From contig CANQOB010000006.1 in the NCBI GenBank assembly GCA_947625385.1, forward strand, positions 815-64,814: a DNA stretch of 64,000 nt, given 5' to 3'. This document shows positions 19,401 through 28,671 of the stretch, one piece after another; position 1 is the first letter of the stretch; each line of letters starts with the position of its first letter. The DNA is from an uncultured Clostridia bacterium (GTDB lineage: Bacteria > Bacillota > Clostridia > Christensenellales > Borkfalkiaceae). The notes beneath the pieces were generated by a model. It searched no databases. It had not been told where the DNA came from and worked only from the letters and a program-made list of their open reading frames with translations. Position numbers and translations under genes: made by a program.

Positions 19401-20183
19401 TTGCCCGTGTTCCCGGGCACAAACTGCGAATACGATACCGCAAAAGCGTTTGCCGACGCCGGCGCGGATACGGAGACGTTCGTCGTCCGCAACGCGACTT
19501 CCGACGAGGTGGCGCGCTCCGCGGAAGAGTTCGCCCGCCGCATGAGGGACGCGCAGATCGTCTTTATCCCCGGCGGTTTCTCGGGCGGGGACGAACCCGA
19601 CGGCTCCGGGAAATTCATCACCGCATTCTTCCGCGGGGAAGCCGTCAAAGAGCAAGTCGAGCGGCTCCTCGGCGAGCGCGACGGGCTGATGGGCGGCATC
19701 TGCAACGGATTTCAGGCGCTCGTCAAGCTCGGTCTGGTGCCCTTCGGCAAGATCGTGGACACCGACGAGAACTGCCCTACTCTGACCTACAACGACATCG
19801 GCAGACACCAATCGCGCATCGTGCGCGTGCGCGTCGCCTCCGTGAAGTCGCCTTGGCTTGCGGGCGTGAATGTCGGAGATGTGTTTTCCGTCCCCATTTC
19901 GCACGGGGAGGGCAGATTTGTCTGCCCCGACGAGCTCGTAAGGTCTCTGGCGGAAAACGGTCAGATCATGACACAGTACGTGGATTTGGAGGACAATGCG
20001 ACGATGGATGTGCGCTTCAACCCCAACGGGAGCGCGTATGCGATCGAAGGCATCCTCTCCCCCGACGGCAGGGTGTTCGGCAAGATGGGACATTCCGAGA
20101 GAAAGGGCGCGGGACTGTACAAGAACGTTGTCGGCAATTACGATATGAAACTCTTCGAGAGCGCGGTCAAATATTTCAAATAA
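16491..20183 (+). CDS. purL: FGAM synthase, single-chain large form with a C-terminal glutamine amidotransferase
   Basis: 1230 aa. Core motifs NHPTEIEPFGGAATC and DFGAGG; GATase motifs GICNGFQAL and SHGEGRF. Confidence 0.92.
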   Translation: MVYRVYVEKKRGFDHEAQTLFGECRELLNLGEVEGVRILNRYDVEDIDADLFDVAVRTVFSEPQMDVASAGVDLNGARVFATEFLPGQFDQRADSAAQCIQLISMGKRPVIRTAKVYAVYGENVTEETLSALKKYVINPVESREASLAIPATLKIEHSIPTEVETLHGFNALGAEELAEFVKRYALAMDEDDIAFCQNYFRGERRDPTITEIRMIDTYWSDHCRHTTFLTTIDGVHFEDELLQKTYEEYLAARRELSRTKPVNLMDIGTIACKLLKKRGLLDKLDESEEINACTVKIKVDRDGTKEDFLLLFKNETHNHPTEIEPFGGAATCIGGAIRDPLSGRSYVYAAMRVTGAGDPLVPVGDTLPGKLPQRKIVTTAAAGYSSYGNQIGLATGQVDEMYHPGYVAKRLEIGAVIAATPAENVRRERPAPGDKVILLGGRTGRDGCGGATGSSKSHTLESLSVCGAEVQKGNAPEERKLQRLFRSREAMLLVKRCNDFGAGGVSVAIGELADGLDIDLDLVPKKYDGLDGTELAISESQERMAVVVEADKAMRFIELANEENLEATVVATVTASPRLVMRWNGKVIVNVSREFLNSNGAEKHTDVAPEACKDFAREIPGTFSAGLRSLAADLNVCSKRGLAERFDSTIGAGTVLMPFGGKYQITPPQAMVHLISCETGHTDTVSYMAWGANPYIAEKSPYHGAYFAVVESVAKLIASGASFDDVYLTFQEYFLKPGKEPKRWGQPFAALLGAFKAQCDLGVAAVGGKDSMSGTFEQIDVPPTLVSFAVTTGNVSETISPEFKGAGHKVVLLEPAYDENGLPVPQSLIANMRTVTALARANKVLACFTPGYGGIAEGIMKSCFGNRIGIRIADMVPLKTIFEYKYGAFVLELSDESEVGSELGRTTGAELIGHGLDIVSLAELQAVYEKKLEPVYPCNIPAPNRAAENFTFAERGNFSSLVKAARPKVLLPVFPGTNCEYDTAKAFADAGADTETFVVRNATSDEVARSAEEFARRMRDAQIVFIPGGFSGGDEPDGSGKFITAFFRGEAVKEQVERLLGERDGLMGGICNGFQALVKLGLVPFGKIVDTDENCPTLTYNDIGRHQSRIVRVRVASVKSPWLAGVNVGDVFSVPISHGEGRFVCPDELVRSLAENGQIMTQYVDLEDNATMDVRFNPNGSAYAIEGILSPDGRVFGKMGHSERKGAGLYKNVVGNYDMKLFESAVKYFK

Positions 20184-20210
20184 TTCCAAATAGGGGATAA
20201 GGAGGCAAAG

Positions 20211-21251
20211 ATGAAAATTTGCAAAAAATGCGGCGCGAAGGCGGGGGACGGGGTGCGCTTTTGCCCGATGTGCGGCGAAAAATTCCCCCCGGACATGCCG
20301 AGGACGTGGAAAGAGGCGTCCGTTCCCGTGCGAAAGGGAAATCTCGTCACGTTCGGGATCTATCCGCAGAGCGCGAAGGCAAAGAGCGTCAAACTCGAGC
20401 GCACGGAAACCTTGCCGTTCGGCTCCGCAATCGAAGACAAGTTCAATAAATATCCCCTTTGGAGAGGAGACGACGGCGAATACTATACCGGCTCGTCCTC
20501 GGACATTTATTCCGGTGAGGAGTTCAAATACGAGCCTATCGTCTGGCGCGTCATCCGCGAAGAGGGCAAAAAGCTCCTGCTCCTTTCCGATAAGATCTTG
20601 GATACGTGCGGCCACATCGTTGGATACCGGTTCGACTGCAGCTATGGCGTCCGATACTATACCAAAAATCTCAAAGTTTATGATCAGGGATGGCGTAATG
20701 ATGTTTGGGTGTTCTACTCCGAAGAGGAGATGGGAAAGAGCGCGTATGAAGAAAGCGACGCGCGAGGATGGCTGAACGGGAAATTTTTGAACAGTGCATT
20801 CTCTCCCGAGGCGCAAAAGTACATTCTCACTGCCAAAGTGGATAACAGCGCAAGGAGCATGGGAGACAAGGACAACTTTTTGGCAGGGGCGAGCACGCGG
20901 GACAAGATTTTTCTTTTGAGTTATTCAGAGGCGGCGCAGACGCTCGGGCTCACCGACGCGTCGAGAAAGCGCAAGCGCACCGACTTTGCCGCGTATTACA
21001 GGCACATCGGGGATGATTGCTCTTGGATCTTGCGTTCCCCGAGCGGGGTCCCGGGCGTGAAAACCGAAAAGTGCGTGGAGGGCAGTCCGATGGAGAGCGC
21101 GCTGATTAAGAACGGATATAGGGAGACGGGCTCGTCGCTGGTCGGCGGGTGGTGGCACGCGTGCATGGTGCGGGAAGATGGCACGGTTTTCCGCCCCACA
21201 TACGATACCATTGAGTATGCCGTTCCCGCGATGTGGATCCAAATGCCGTAA
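20211..21251 (+). CDS. Zinc-ribbon protein with a DUF6273-like C-terminal domain (function unknown)
   Basis: N-terminal CKKCG...CPMCG zinc ribbon, then VTFGIYPQ ... EPIVWRVI ... LLLLSDKILD, a pattern I associate with DUF6273. SD AAGGAGG is present. Confidence 0.6.
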   Translation: MKICKKCGAKAGDGVRFCPMCGEKFPPDMPRTWKEASVPVRKGNLVTFGIYPQSAKAKSVKLERTETLPFGSAIEDKFNKYPLWRGDDGEYYTGSSSDIYSGEEFKYEPIVWRVIREEGKKLLLLSDKILDTCGHIVGYRFDCSYGVRYYTKNLKVYDQGWRNDVWVFYSEEEMGKSAYEESDARGWLNGKFLNSAFSPEAQKYILTAKVDNSARSMGDKDNFLAGASTRDKIFLLSYSEAAQTLGLTDASRKRKRTDFAAYYRHIGDDCSWILRSPSGVPGVKTEKCVEGSPMESALIKNGYRETGSSLVGGWWHACMVREDGTVFRPTYDTIEYAVPAMWIQMP

Positions 21252-21311
21252 GGTTGCACTTTCGGAAAAAAATATCGGCGAAAAAAATACCGGTCAAGGA
21301 GAGATCATAGA

Positions 21312-22976
21312 ATGAAAACAGATATCGAGATCGCACAGGAAGCGAAATTAGAGCACATCAAAGACATTGCCGCAAAACTCGGGCTCCGAGAAGAGGACAT
21401 CGAATATTACGGCAAATACAAGGCGAAGATAGAGCCGTTCGCCCTGGAAGGAAAGCCCGAAAGGGGCAAGCTCATCCTCGTGACTGCCATCACGCCCACG
21501 CCTGCGGGCGAGGGCAAGACGACGACCACCATCGGGCTTGCCGACGGGCTCGCGCGGCTCCGAAAGAAGGTCGTCGTTGCGCTCCGCGAACCCTCTTTGG
21601 GACCCGTGTTCGGCGTGAAGGGGGGCGCTGCGGGCGGCGGATATGCGCAGGTCGTGCCCATGGAGGACATCAATCTCCACTTTACGGGGGACTTCCATGC
21701 GATCGGCGCAGCGAACAACCTGCTCGCTGCCATGCTCGACAACCACATCTTCCAGGGGAACGAACTCGACATCGACCCCGAGCGTATCCCGTGGCACCGC
21801 TGCGTGGACATGAACGACCGCCAGCTCCGCTATCTTGAGGACGGGTTGGGCGGTCCCAAGTCGGGCGTCCCGCGGCGGGACAGCTTCGACATCACCGTCG
21901 CCTCCGAGGTCATGGCGGTCCTGTGCCTTGCGACCTCTCTCGAAGATCTGAAAGCAAGGCTTTCCCGCATCGTCGTCGCCTACAACAGGAAGGGGGAGCC
22001 CGTCACGGCGGGAGACCTCAAAGCCGCGGGCGCGATGTGCGCTCTCCTCAAAGACGCGATGAAGCCCAACCTCGTGCAGACCCTCGGGGGCACGCCCGCG
22101 CTCGTACACGGCGGACCCTTCGCCAACATCGCGCACGGTTGCAACTCCGTCGTGGCGACGAGGGCGGCGCTCAAACTCGGCGACTATGTTGTCACGGAGG
22201 CGGGATTCGGCGCAGATCTCGGTGCGGAGAAGTTCCTCGACATCAAGTGCCGTTTCGCGGGATTGAAGCCCGCGGCGGTGGTCATCGTCGCGACGGTGCG
22301 CGCGCTCAAAATGCACGGCGGGCTCCCCAAGACCGAGCTCGGCAGCGAGGATCTCGGCGCGCTCGAGCGGGGGCTCCCCAATCTTTTGCGCCATGTCTCG
22401 AATATCAAGAACGTATACGGGCTTCCCGCCGTCGTCGCGGTCAACCGCTTCCCGACGGATACCGACGCGGAGATCGCGCTCGTCATTGAAAAGTGCAAAG
22501 AGCTCGGCGTGAACGTGCGGCTCTCCACCGTCTGGGCGGAGGGCGGCAAGGGCGGCGAGGCGCTCGCCGAAGAGGTCGTGCGGCTGTGCGAAGAGAAGAG
22601 CGATTTCCGCTTCTGCTATGACGAAAAGCTCCCCATCAAGGAGAAGATCGAGGCGGTCGTCACCAAAATTTACGGGGGCGACGGCGTTGAATATACGCCC
22701 GAAGCGGAGGAGCAGATCGCGACCCTCGAAAGGCTCGGATTCGGCAAAACGCCGATCTGTATGGCAAAAACGCAATATTCCTTCTCGGACGACGCCGCCA
22801 AACTCGGCGCGCCGGAGCATTTCACCGTCACCGTGCGCAGCGTGAAGATCTCCGCGGGCGCGGGATTCGTCGTCGTGCTCACGGGCAACATCATGACGAT
22901 GCCCGGGCTCCCCAAAAAGCCCGCCGCGGAGAACATCGACGTCGACGCGAACGGCAACATCACGGGTCTCTTCTGA
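21312..22976 (+). CDS. fhs: Formate-tetrahydrofolate ligase
   Basis: [17 protein letters not shown]-loop and full-length similarity to FTHFS. Confidence 0.92.
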   Translation: MKTDIEIAQEAKLEHIKDIAAKLGLREEDIEYYGKYKAKIEPFALEGKPERGKLILVTAITPTPAGEGKTTTTIGLADGLARLRKKVVVALREPSLGPVFGVKGGAAGGGYAQVVPMEDINLHFTGDFHAIGAANNLLAAMLDNHIFQGNELDIDPERIPWHRCVDMNDRQLRYLEDGLGGPKSGVPRRDSFDITVASEVMAVLCLATSLEDLKARLSRIVVAYNRKGEPVTAGDLKAAGAMCALLKDAMKPNLVQTLGGTPALVHGGPFANIAHGCNSVVATRAALKLGDYVVTEAGFGADLGAEKFLDIKCRFAGLKPAAVVIVATVRALKMHGGLPKTELGSEDLGALERGLPNLLRHVSNIKNVYGLPAVVAVNRFPTDTDAEIALVIEKCKELGVNVRLSTVWAEGGKGGEALAEEVVRLCEEKSDFRFCYDEKLPIKEKIEAVVTKIYGGDGVEYTPEAEEQIATLERLGFGKTPICMAKTQYSFSDDAAKLGAPEHFTVTVRSVKISAGAGFVVVLTGNIMTMPGLPKKPAAENIDVDANGNITGLF

Positions 22977-23974
22977 TGGAGGACGCCCGAAGAGTATCGC
23001 TTGCGGTACCGCTCGTGTTAGAGTGGTACCGTATTTTCAAACGCGACCTCCCGTGGCGCAGGGAGCGCACCCCGTACAGCGCGCTGGTCGCGGAACTCAT
23101 GCTGCAACAGACGCGCGTCGAGGCGGTGAAGGAGAAGTATGTCGCCTTCATGCGGCGGTTCCCCACGGCGGAGGCGCTCGCCGCGGCGAGCGAGGACGAG
23201 GTGTTCAAGAGCTGGGAAGGGCTCGGCTATTATTCTCGTGCGCGCAATCTCCATAAAGCGGCGAAGATCATCGCGCAGGAGGGATTCCCTCGGACATGGG
23301 TAGGGGTAAGAGCGTTGCCGGGGGTCGGAGATTACACCGCGGGCGCGATCTCTTCCATCGCGCTCGGGCTCAAAGAACCCGCCGTGGACGGAAATGTTCT
23401 GCGAATCTTGACGAGATTGCTCGCGGACGGCTCGAATATCGACGAATCCGGCACGAAAGCGCGCTTCAAGGCGCTGCTTGCGGAGGTCTATCCCGATGAG
23501 ACGGCGGATTTCTGCGAAGCGCTCATGGAGCTCGGCGCGCTCGTCTGTGTGCCCAACAGACCGCCGATGTGCGGGGCATGTCCGTGGTCTGACCTCTGTA
23601 AAGCGCACATCGAGGGCAGGGAGACCGAGTTTCCCGTGCGCTTTCCCAAAAGGGAGAGAAAGCAAGTCGAAGCGAGCGTGCTCGTCCTTCGGTGCGGCAA
23701 CAAATACGCTCTCGAAAAGCGGGAGAAGGGGCTTCTCAAAGGGCTGTACGGCTTTCCCTTTTTCGAGGGGGAGATCGCGCCCGCCGCATACGGCACCGTG
23801 TTGGAAAGCAAGCGCGCCGTGCATATCTTCACCCATGTCGAATGGGACATGACGGGCTACCTTGTGGATACAGCTTCGGAGGGGTGGGGATACCTTTGGA
23901 AAACCGCGGAGGAGATCGCGTCCGCATGCGCGTTGCCCTCGGCTTTTTGCGCGTTCAAGGCATGGCTGTTCTGA
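22976..23974 (+). CDS. mutY: A/G-specific adenine DNA glycosylase
   Basis: LMLQQTRV, HhH-GPD motif LPGVGDYTAGAI, and the 4Fe-4S cluster CVPNRPPMCGACPWSDLC. Confidence 0.88.
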   Translation: MEDARRVSLAVPLVLEWYRIFKRDLPWRRERTPYSALVAELMLQQTRVEAVKEKYVAFMRRFPTAEALAAASEDEVFKSWEGLGYYSRARNLHKAAKIIAQEGFPRTWVGVRALPGVGDYTAGAISSIALGLKEPAVDGNVLRILTRLLADGSNIDESGTKARFKALLAEVYPDETADFCEALMELGALVCVPNRPPMCGACPWSDLCKAHIEGRETEFPVRFPKRERKQVEASVLVLRCGNKYALEKREKGLLKGLYGFPFFEGEIAPAAYGTVLESKRAVHIFTHVEWDMTGYLVDTASEGWGYLWKTAEEIASACALPSAFCAFKAWLF

Positions 23975-24000
23975 GAAAACAAAAAATTTGCGAAGATTTG

Positions 24001-24029
24001 TTGACTTTTTGTAAGTTTCGCTTTATAAT
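24001..24029 (+). promoter_or_regulatory. Sigma-A type promoter of degV
   Basis: TTGACT at 24001-24006, 17-bp spacer, TATAAT at 24024-24029. Confidence 0.5.
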
Positions 24030-24061
24030 GAACATGATAAAATGATTACATCAGGGAGGAT

Positions 24062-24913
24062 ATGATGAGCGTACTCATTTGCGATTCAAACGGCGAACTT
24101 TGGCATACACGGGCGAAAGAGCTCGGGTTGGACTATATCTCCATGCCCTACTATGTGGGCGGGAAGGAATATTTTTACGATCTCGGGGAGCACACCGACT
24201 TCAAGGCGTTCTACGCCGCCGTCCGCGGGGGAGAGATTCCCAAGACGCAGGCGCTCAATCCCGAGGATTACAAGCGCATCCTCATTCCCTATTTCGAGCG
24301 CGGGGAGGACATTTTGTACGTCTCCTTCTCCCACAAGCTGTCCGGCACGTTCACTTCGCTCGAAGCGGCGCTCGCAGAGCTGAAAGAGAGCTATCCCGAG
24401 AGGACCTGCACGGTGTTCGACACCAAAAATATCTGTCTCGGCACGGGGATTCAGGCGGAGGAGGCGGCACTGCTCAAACAAAAGGGCGCTTCCGACGGGG
24501 AGATCCTCTCCTTCCTGGAGGACTTCCGCGACCGCGTGCGCACCTACTTCATCGTGGACGACCTCATGCACTTGAAGCGCGGCGGTCGCTGCTCGGGACT
24601 TGCCGCCGTCGCGGGGACCGTCCTCGGGCTCAAACCCATGATCTGCGTGCAGGACGGCGAGCTCAAAGTCATCGGCAAGGTGAACGGCAAAAAGCGCGTC
24701 ATCTCCACCCTCGCAAACAAGGTCATCGAGGAGCTCAAAGACGAGGAAAAGCATGTCTATGTCGTGGACGCGGATTGCCCCGAGGAGGGGGACAAGCTGC
24801 GCGATCTCATCCTCGAACAGCGTCCGGGGGCAAAGATCGTGCGGCAGACGGTCGGACCCGTCATCGGCTCGCACTGCGGACCCGGGACGCTCGGGGTCAT
24901 CTTTTCCGCGTAA
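24062..24913 (+). CDS. DegV family fatty-acid-binding protein
   Basis: DegV-like pattern: SFSHKLSGTF ... HLKRGGR ... GPVIGSHCGPGTLGV. Confidence 0.8.
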   Translation: MMSVLICDSNGELWHTRAKELGLDYISMPYYVGGKEYFYDLGEHTDFKAFYAAVRGGEIPKTQALNPEDYKRILIPYFERGEDILYVSFSHKLSGTFTSLEAALAELKESYPERTCTVFDTKNICLGTGIQAEEAALLKQKGASDGEILSFLEDFRDRVRTYFIVDDLMHLKRGGRCSGLAAVAGTVLGLKPMICVQDGELKVIGKVNGKKRVISTLANKVIEELKDEEKHVYVVDADCPEEGDKLRDLILEQRPGAKIVRQTVGPVIGSHCGPGTLGVIFSA

Positions 24914-24931
24914 ATCCTTGAAATCTTCTCG

Positions 24932-24959
24932 TCCCGCGTTGACAACGGCGCGGGATTTT
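24932..24959 (+). terminator. Terminator hairpin after degV
   Basis: TCCCGCG (24932-24938) pairs with CGCGGGA (24949-24955), followed by TTTT. Confidence 0.5.
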
Positions 24960-24967
24960 GTTATAAT
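24939..24967 (+). promoter_or_regulatory. Sigma-A type promoter of tmk
   Basis: TTGACA at 24939-24944, 17-bp spacer, TATAAT at 24962-24967. The -35 box lies in the loop of the degV terminator hairpin. Confidence 0.5.
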
Positions 24968-24974
24968 TGGAAAT

Positions 24975-25607
24975 ATGGCAAAGGGTAAATTTATCGTCTT
25001 TGAGGGTACGGACGGCAGCGGAAAGTCCACCCAGATGCAACTTCTCGGCAAATATCTCAAAGAGCACGGCGTCCCGTGCTACCTCACGCACGAGCCTACG
25101 GATTCGCCCTTCGGGGCGCTTCTGCGCGCGTGCATGAACGGGCGCATCGACGCGGATGAGAGGACGATCGCGCTTTTGTTCGCCGCCGACCGCATCGACC
25201 ATATCCAAAACGGCGTCAACGGCATCAAGGAAAAGCTCGAAGAGGGCGTCACCGTGCTCTGCGACCGCTATTATTTTTCCTCGTTCGCCTATAACGGCGG
25301 GTTCGTCCCGCTTGAATGGGTCGTGGAGCTCAACCGTCCCGCGATGGAGCTGCTCCGCCCCGACCTCGTTATCTATCTCGACCTCGACGCGGAAGAGGGC
25401 ATGAAGCGCATTGCCCGCCGCGGGGAGACCGAGCGCTATGAGAGCTTCGAGCGGCAGCGAAAGATCCGCGAGCAGTATTTCAAGGTCTTTGCAATGTTCA
25501 AGGACGAGGAAAACATCGTGATCGTGAAGAGCGAAGCGAAAAAGGAGGAGACGCAAGCCAATCTCCACCGCCTTGCGGACGACCTCTTTTTCAAGGGGGA
25601 AGCATGA
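24975..25607 (+). CDS. tmk: Thymidylate kinase
   Basis: P-loop FIVFEGTDGSGKST and the DRY motif CDRYYFSS. The true ATG at 24975 follows a consensus promoter; the longer track ORF (24753) runs through the degV 3' end. Confidence 0.88.
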   Translation: MAKGKFIVFEGTDGSGKSTQMQLLGKYLKEHGVPCYLTHEPTDSPFGALLRACMNGRIDADERTIALLFAADRIDHIQNGVNGIKEKLEEGVTVLCDRYYFSSFAYNGGFVPLEWVVELNRPAMELLRPDLVIYLDLDAEEGMKRIARRGETERYESFERQRKIREQYFKVFAMFKDEENIVIVKSEAKKEETQANLHRLADDLFFKGEA

Positions 25608-26101
25608 GAGAACTCGAAGTCGGCGTCATCTTAAAACCGCAGGGCATCCGCGGCGAACTGAAAATCAAGCCGTTCACGGACAGCGCGGAGACCTTCTTTG
25701 CGTTCGAGCGCGTCTTTTTGGATGGAACGCCCTATCGGGTGCTCTCCGCGCGCGCCGCGGACGGGTGTGTGTTTTTATGCCTGCGCGGCGTTCCCGACCG
25801 CAACGCCGCCGAACTTCTGCACGGGAAGAGGGTGACCGTTCCCCGCGATGAGGCGCCCGAGCTTCCCGCAGGGAGCTATTATATCGCCGACCTGTTGGGC
25901 AGCGAGATCGTCACGCGGGAGGGCGAGCGCATCGGCACGCTCAAAGACATCACCAAGGCGGCGACGGATATTTATACCGCCGGGATGGACGGGCGCGACG
26001 TGCTCTTCCCCGCGGCAAAGGGGGTCGTGGTCGAAGTGGACCTTGAAAGGAGGCGGCTTGTTGTGGATAAAACGCGTTTTTATGAGGTCGCCGTGCTATG
26101 A
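25604..26101 (+). CDS. rimM: 16S rRNA processing protein RimM
   Basis: [20 protein letters not shown] ... YYIADLLG. Confidence 0.88.
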   Translation: MRELEVGVILKPQGIRGELKIKPFTDSAETFFAFERVFLDGTPYRVLSARAADGCVFLCLRGVPDRNAAELLHGKRVTVPRDEAPELPAGSYYIADLLGSEIVTREGERIGTLKDITKAATDIYTAGMDGRDVLFPAAKGVVVEVDLERRRLVVDKTRFYEVAVL

Positions 26102-26769
26102 AGATCACTATTCTCACGCTCTTTCCCGAGATGTTTTCGGCGCTCTCGTCGAGCATCATCGGCAGGGCGCAGCGGGAAAATAAAGTGGAGATCGACGTCG
26201 TCGATCTTCGTGCGTTCACCGAGGACAAGCATCTCAAATGCGACGATTATCCCTTCGGCGGCGGCGCGGGCATGGTCATGATGGCGCAGCCCATCGGAAG
26301 CGCGATCGAGAGCGTAGACCCCGGACATGGTGCCCTCCGAATCTATCTGTCGCCCAAAGGGGAGCGGCTCTCCCAGAGCAAGGTCATCTCCCTTTGCGCC
26401 TGCGAGCGGCTCGTGCTCCTTTGCGGGCACTATGAGGGCGTGGACCAGCGCGCGATCGACCTGTTCATCGACGAGGAGATCTCCATCGGGGACTATGTGC
26501 TCACGGGCGGGGAACTTCCCGCGATGGTGCTCTGCGACTGCGTCTCGCGCTATGTGGACGGTGTGCTCTCCCCGGGCTCCCTCGTGGACGAGAGTTTTTC
26601 GGACGGATTGCTCGAATATCCGCAATATACCCGTCCCGTCAATTACCGCGGTCTCACCGTTCCCGAGGTGCTGCGCAGCGGAAATCACGCCGAAATCGAC
26701 AAATGGAGGCGGGAAAAGGCGCTCGAACTCACCGAGGCGCGCCGTCCCGATTTGATAAAGCGCACATGA
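26098..26769 (+). CDS. trmD: tRNA (guanine37-N1)-methyltransferase
   Basis: [34 protein letters not shown] and GGELPAMV motifs. Confidence 0.92.
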   Translation: MKITILTLFPEMFSALSSSIIGRAQRENKVEIDVVDLRAFTEDKHLKCDDYPFGGGAGMVMMAQPIGSAIESVDPGHGALRIYLSPKGERLSQSKVISLCACERLVLLCGHYEGVDQRAIDLFIDEEISIGDYVLTGGELPAMVLCDCVSRYVDGVLSPGSLVDESFSDGLLEYPQYTRPVNYRGLTVPEVLRSGNHAEIDKWRREKALELTEARRPDLIKRT

Positions 26770-27635
26770 AAACCATCCAATGGTTCCCCGGGCACATGGC
26801 GAAAGCCATGCGCATGATGGAGGAAAACAGCAAGCTCTGCGACGCCGTGCTGTATGTGCTCGACGCGCGCTGTCCCGCGGCAAGCTTCAACCGGCGTCTC
26901 TTGGAGATCACGGGCACAAAGCCCGTGCTCTTTGTCTTGAATAAAGCCGACCTTGCGGACATGGGTGCCTCCGATTGCGTCAACGCGCTGCAAGCGGGGG
27001 GACGGTCCGCCGTCGCGATCTCGGCAAATGCGCCCGTTTCGGCGCGGATTCTGCGGGAGAGGGCGGAGGCGCTGGTCGCCGAAAAGGCGGAGCGCCGACG
27101 GAAGATGGGGTCGTCGCGCCCGATGCGCTTCCTCGTCGCGGGAATCCCGAACACCGGGAAGAGCACGCTCATCAACCTGCTCGCCGGCGCGAAAAAGGCG
27201 CAGACGGGGGACAAGGCGGGCGTGACGAGGGGCAAACAGTGGGTCAAATGCGGGACGTTCGAACTGCTCGACACCCCCGGGACGATGCCGCCCGCCTGTG
27301 AAAACCAGAAATTTGCGCGCAGGCTCGCCTATGTGGGGAGCATCCACGACGAGATTCTCGCCTTGGACGAGATCGCGCTCGCCCTCCTCGGCGAGATGTG
27401 GGAGAAGTATCCCGACCGTCTGCGGGAGCGGTACGGAGCGGAGGGCGGCGACCCCTTGGAGATGCTCGGCGCGGTGTGCAGCAAGCGGGGGTTCATGATA
27501 AGGGGCGGACAGTTCGACTATGAGCGCGCCGAACGCGCCCTCCTCGACGATCTCCGCAAGGGGAAGCTCGGCAGGGTCTGTTTCGATTCAAAAGAAGAAT
27601 GCAAGGAGGCGGGGTTGCTCGATCGACCCTTGTGA
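26766..27635 (+). CDS. rbgA: Ribosome biogenesis GTPase A (YlqF/RbgA), circularly permuted GTPase
   Basis: [12 protein letters not shown]4 LNKADL placed before G1 GIPNTGKST, and G3 DTPG. The ATG at 26766 overlaps the trmD stop. Confidence 0.88.
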   Translation: MKTIQWFPGHMAKAMRMMEENSKLCDAVLYVLDARCPAASFNRRLLEITGTKPVLFVLNKADLADMGASDCVNALQAGGRSAVAISANAPVSARILRERAEALVAEKAERRRKMGSSRPMRFLVAGIPNTGKSTLINLLAGAKKAQTGDKAGVTRGKQWVKCGTFELLDTPGTMPPACENQKFARRLAYVGSIHDEILALDEIALALLGEMWEKYPDRLRERYGAEGGDPLEMLGAVCSKRGFMIRGGQFDYERAERALLDDLRKGKLGRVCFDSKEECKEAGLLDRPL

Positions 27636-27636
27636 T

Positions 27637-28257
27637 ATGGATCATCCGATATACGAAAGAGAATATTTTGAAAAAGGTTTTTGCGCCGTTGCGGGCGTGG
27701 ACGAGGTGGGAAGGGGTCCCCTGGCGGGTCCCGTCGTGTGCGCCGCCGTCATTCTGCCCGTCGAGGACGAGCTGCGCATCGCCGGCGTGAACGACAGCAA
27801 GAAGCTGTCCGCAAAAAAACGGGACGCGCTCGCTGAACTCATCCGCGAGCGGGCGTTGGCGTTCGCCGTCACCGAAGTGGACGAGAGCACCATCGACGAG
27901 ATCAATATCTTGCAGGCGACCCGTCTCGGCATGAAGCGCGCCGTCGAAGCTCTATCCGTCCCTGCGGACATGGTACTCACCGACGGTGACATGACCCTCG
28001 ATATTGCGGCTTCGCAGAGGAGCATCGTCAAGGGGGACGCGCTCGTGTATTCCATCGGCGCGGCGAGCATCCTCGCCAAAGTTCACAGGGATTCGATCAT
28101 GAAAAAGTACGCCGAGGAATACCCCGAATACGGGTTCGAACACAACGTCGGCTACGGCACGGCGGAGCACATCGAGGCGATCAGGGAGTACGGGATATGC
28201 AAGATTCACAGAAAGACCTTCGTAAGAAGATTTTGGGACGGCAGGGTGAGGACCTGA
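27637..28257 (+). CDS. rnhB: Ribonuclease HII
   Basis: AGVDEVGRGPLAGPVV and DSKKLS motifs. ATG at 27637 is directly after the rbgA stop. Confidence 0.9.
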   Translation: MDHPIYEREYFEKGFCAVAGVDEVGRGPLAGPVVCAAVILPVEDELRIAGVNDSKKLSAKKRDALAELIRERALAFAVTEVDESTIDEINILQATRLGMKRAVEALSVPADMVLTDGDMTLDIAASQRSIVKGDALVYSIGAASILAKVHRDSIMKKYAEEYPEYGFEHNVGYGTAEHIEAIREYGICKIHRKTFVRRFWDGRVRT

Positions 28258-28556
28258 CCTGCAAGTATCTCAAAAAACACAGATATAAGATCTTGAAACG
28301 CAACTATACGACGCCCTTCGGCGAGGCGGACATCGTGGCGAAGAGCCCCGACGGCTACATCTGTTTCGTGGAAGTCAAGGCGCGGGAGACGGACGCCTTC
28401 GGGCTGCCCACCGAGGCGGTCACGCGGGAAAAACAGCGCAGATACCGCCTGATGGCGCAGTACTGGTGTTTGGGACTCGGCAAAGAAGTCCCCGTCCGGT
28501 TCGACGTCGCTTCCGTCTGGAAGGGCGAACTCGAATATTTCGAGAATGCCTACTGA
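28197..28556 (+). CDS. YraN family (UPF0102) endonuclease-like protein
   Basis: GRQGEDLTCKYLKKHRYKIL.RNY...GEADIVA...FVEVKAR matches the YraN pattern. It overlaps the rnhB 3' end by 61 nt. Confidence 0.8.
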   Translation: MQDSQKDLRKKILGRQGEDLTCKYLKKHRYKILKRNYTTPFGEADIVAKSPDGYICFVEVKARETDAFGLPTEAVTREKQRRYRLMAQYWCLGLGKEVPVRFDVASVWKGELEYFENAY

Positions 28557-28634
28557 GTTCACGAATTTTGTCTTGGCGACAAAATTCCGTGAGGGGTAAA
28601 TGGGAAACGATAAAATATTGGCTGTAAGCGTTTG

Positions 28635-28661
28635 AAAAAAGCGCCCCGGTTTAACCGGGGC
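28635..28661 (-). terminator. Intrinsic terminator of the minus-strand permease gene
   Basis: Perfect 20-bp palindrome CGCCCCGGTTAACCGGGGCG (28642-28661), followed on the minus strand by a U6 tract (A6 at 28635-28640). Confidence 0.75.
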
Positions 28662-28671
28662 GTATCTGTAT

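Noticed and set aside
16473-20816. Long minus-strand ORFs (16473-18599, 18693-20816), and similar ones opposite purF, fhs, the helicase, scfB/secD, recJ and relA
   Set aside because: All are antisense or out of frame to genes with strong family motifs, and all show shadow-ORF composition. The same applies to the many R/G/A-rich + strand ORFs in alternative frames.
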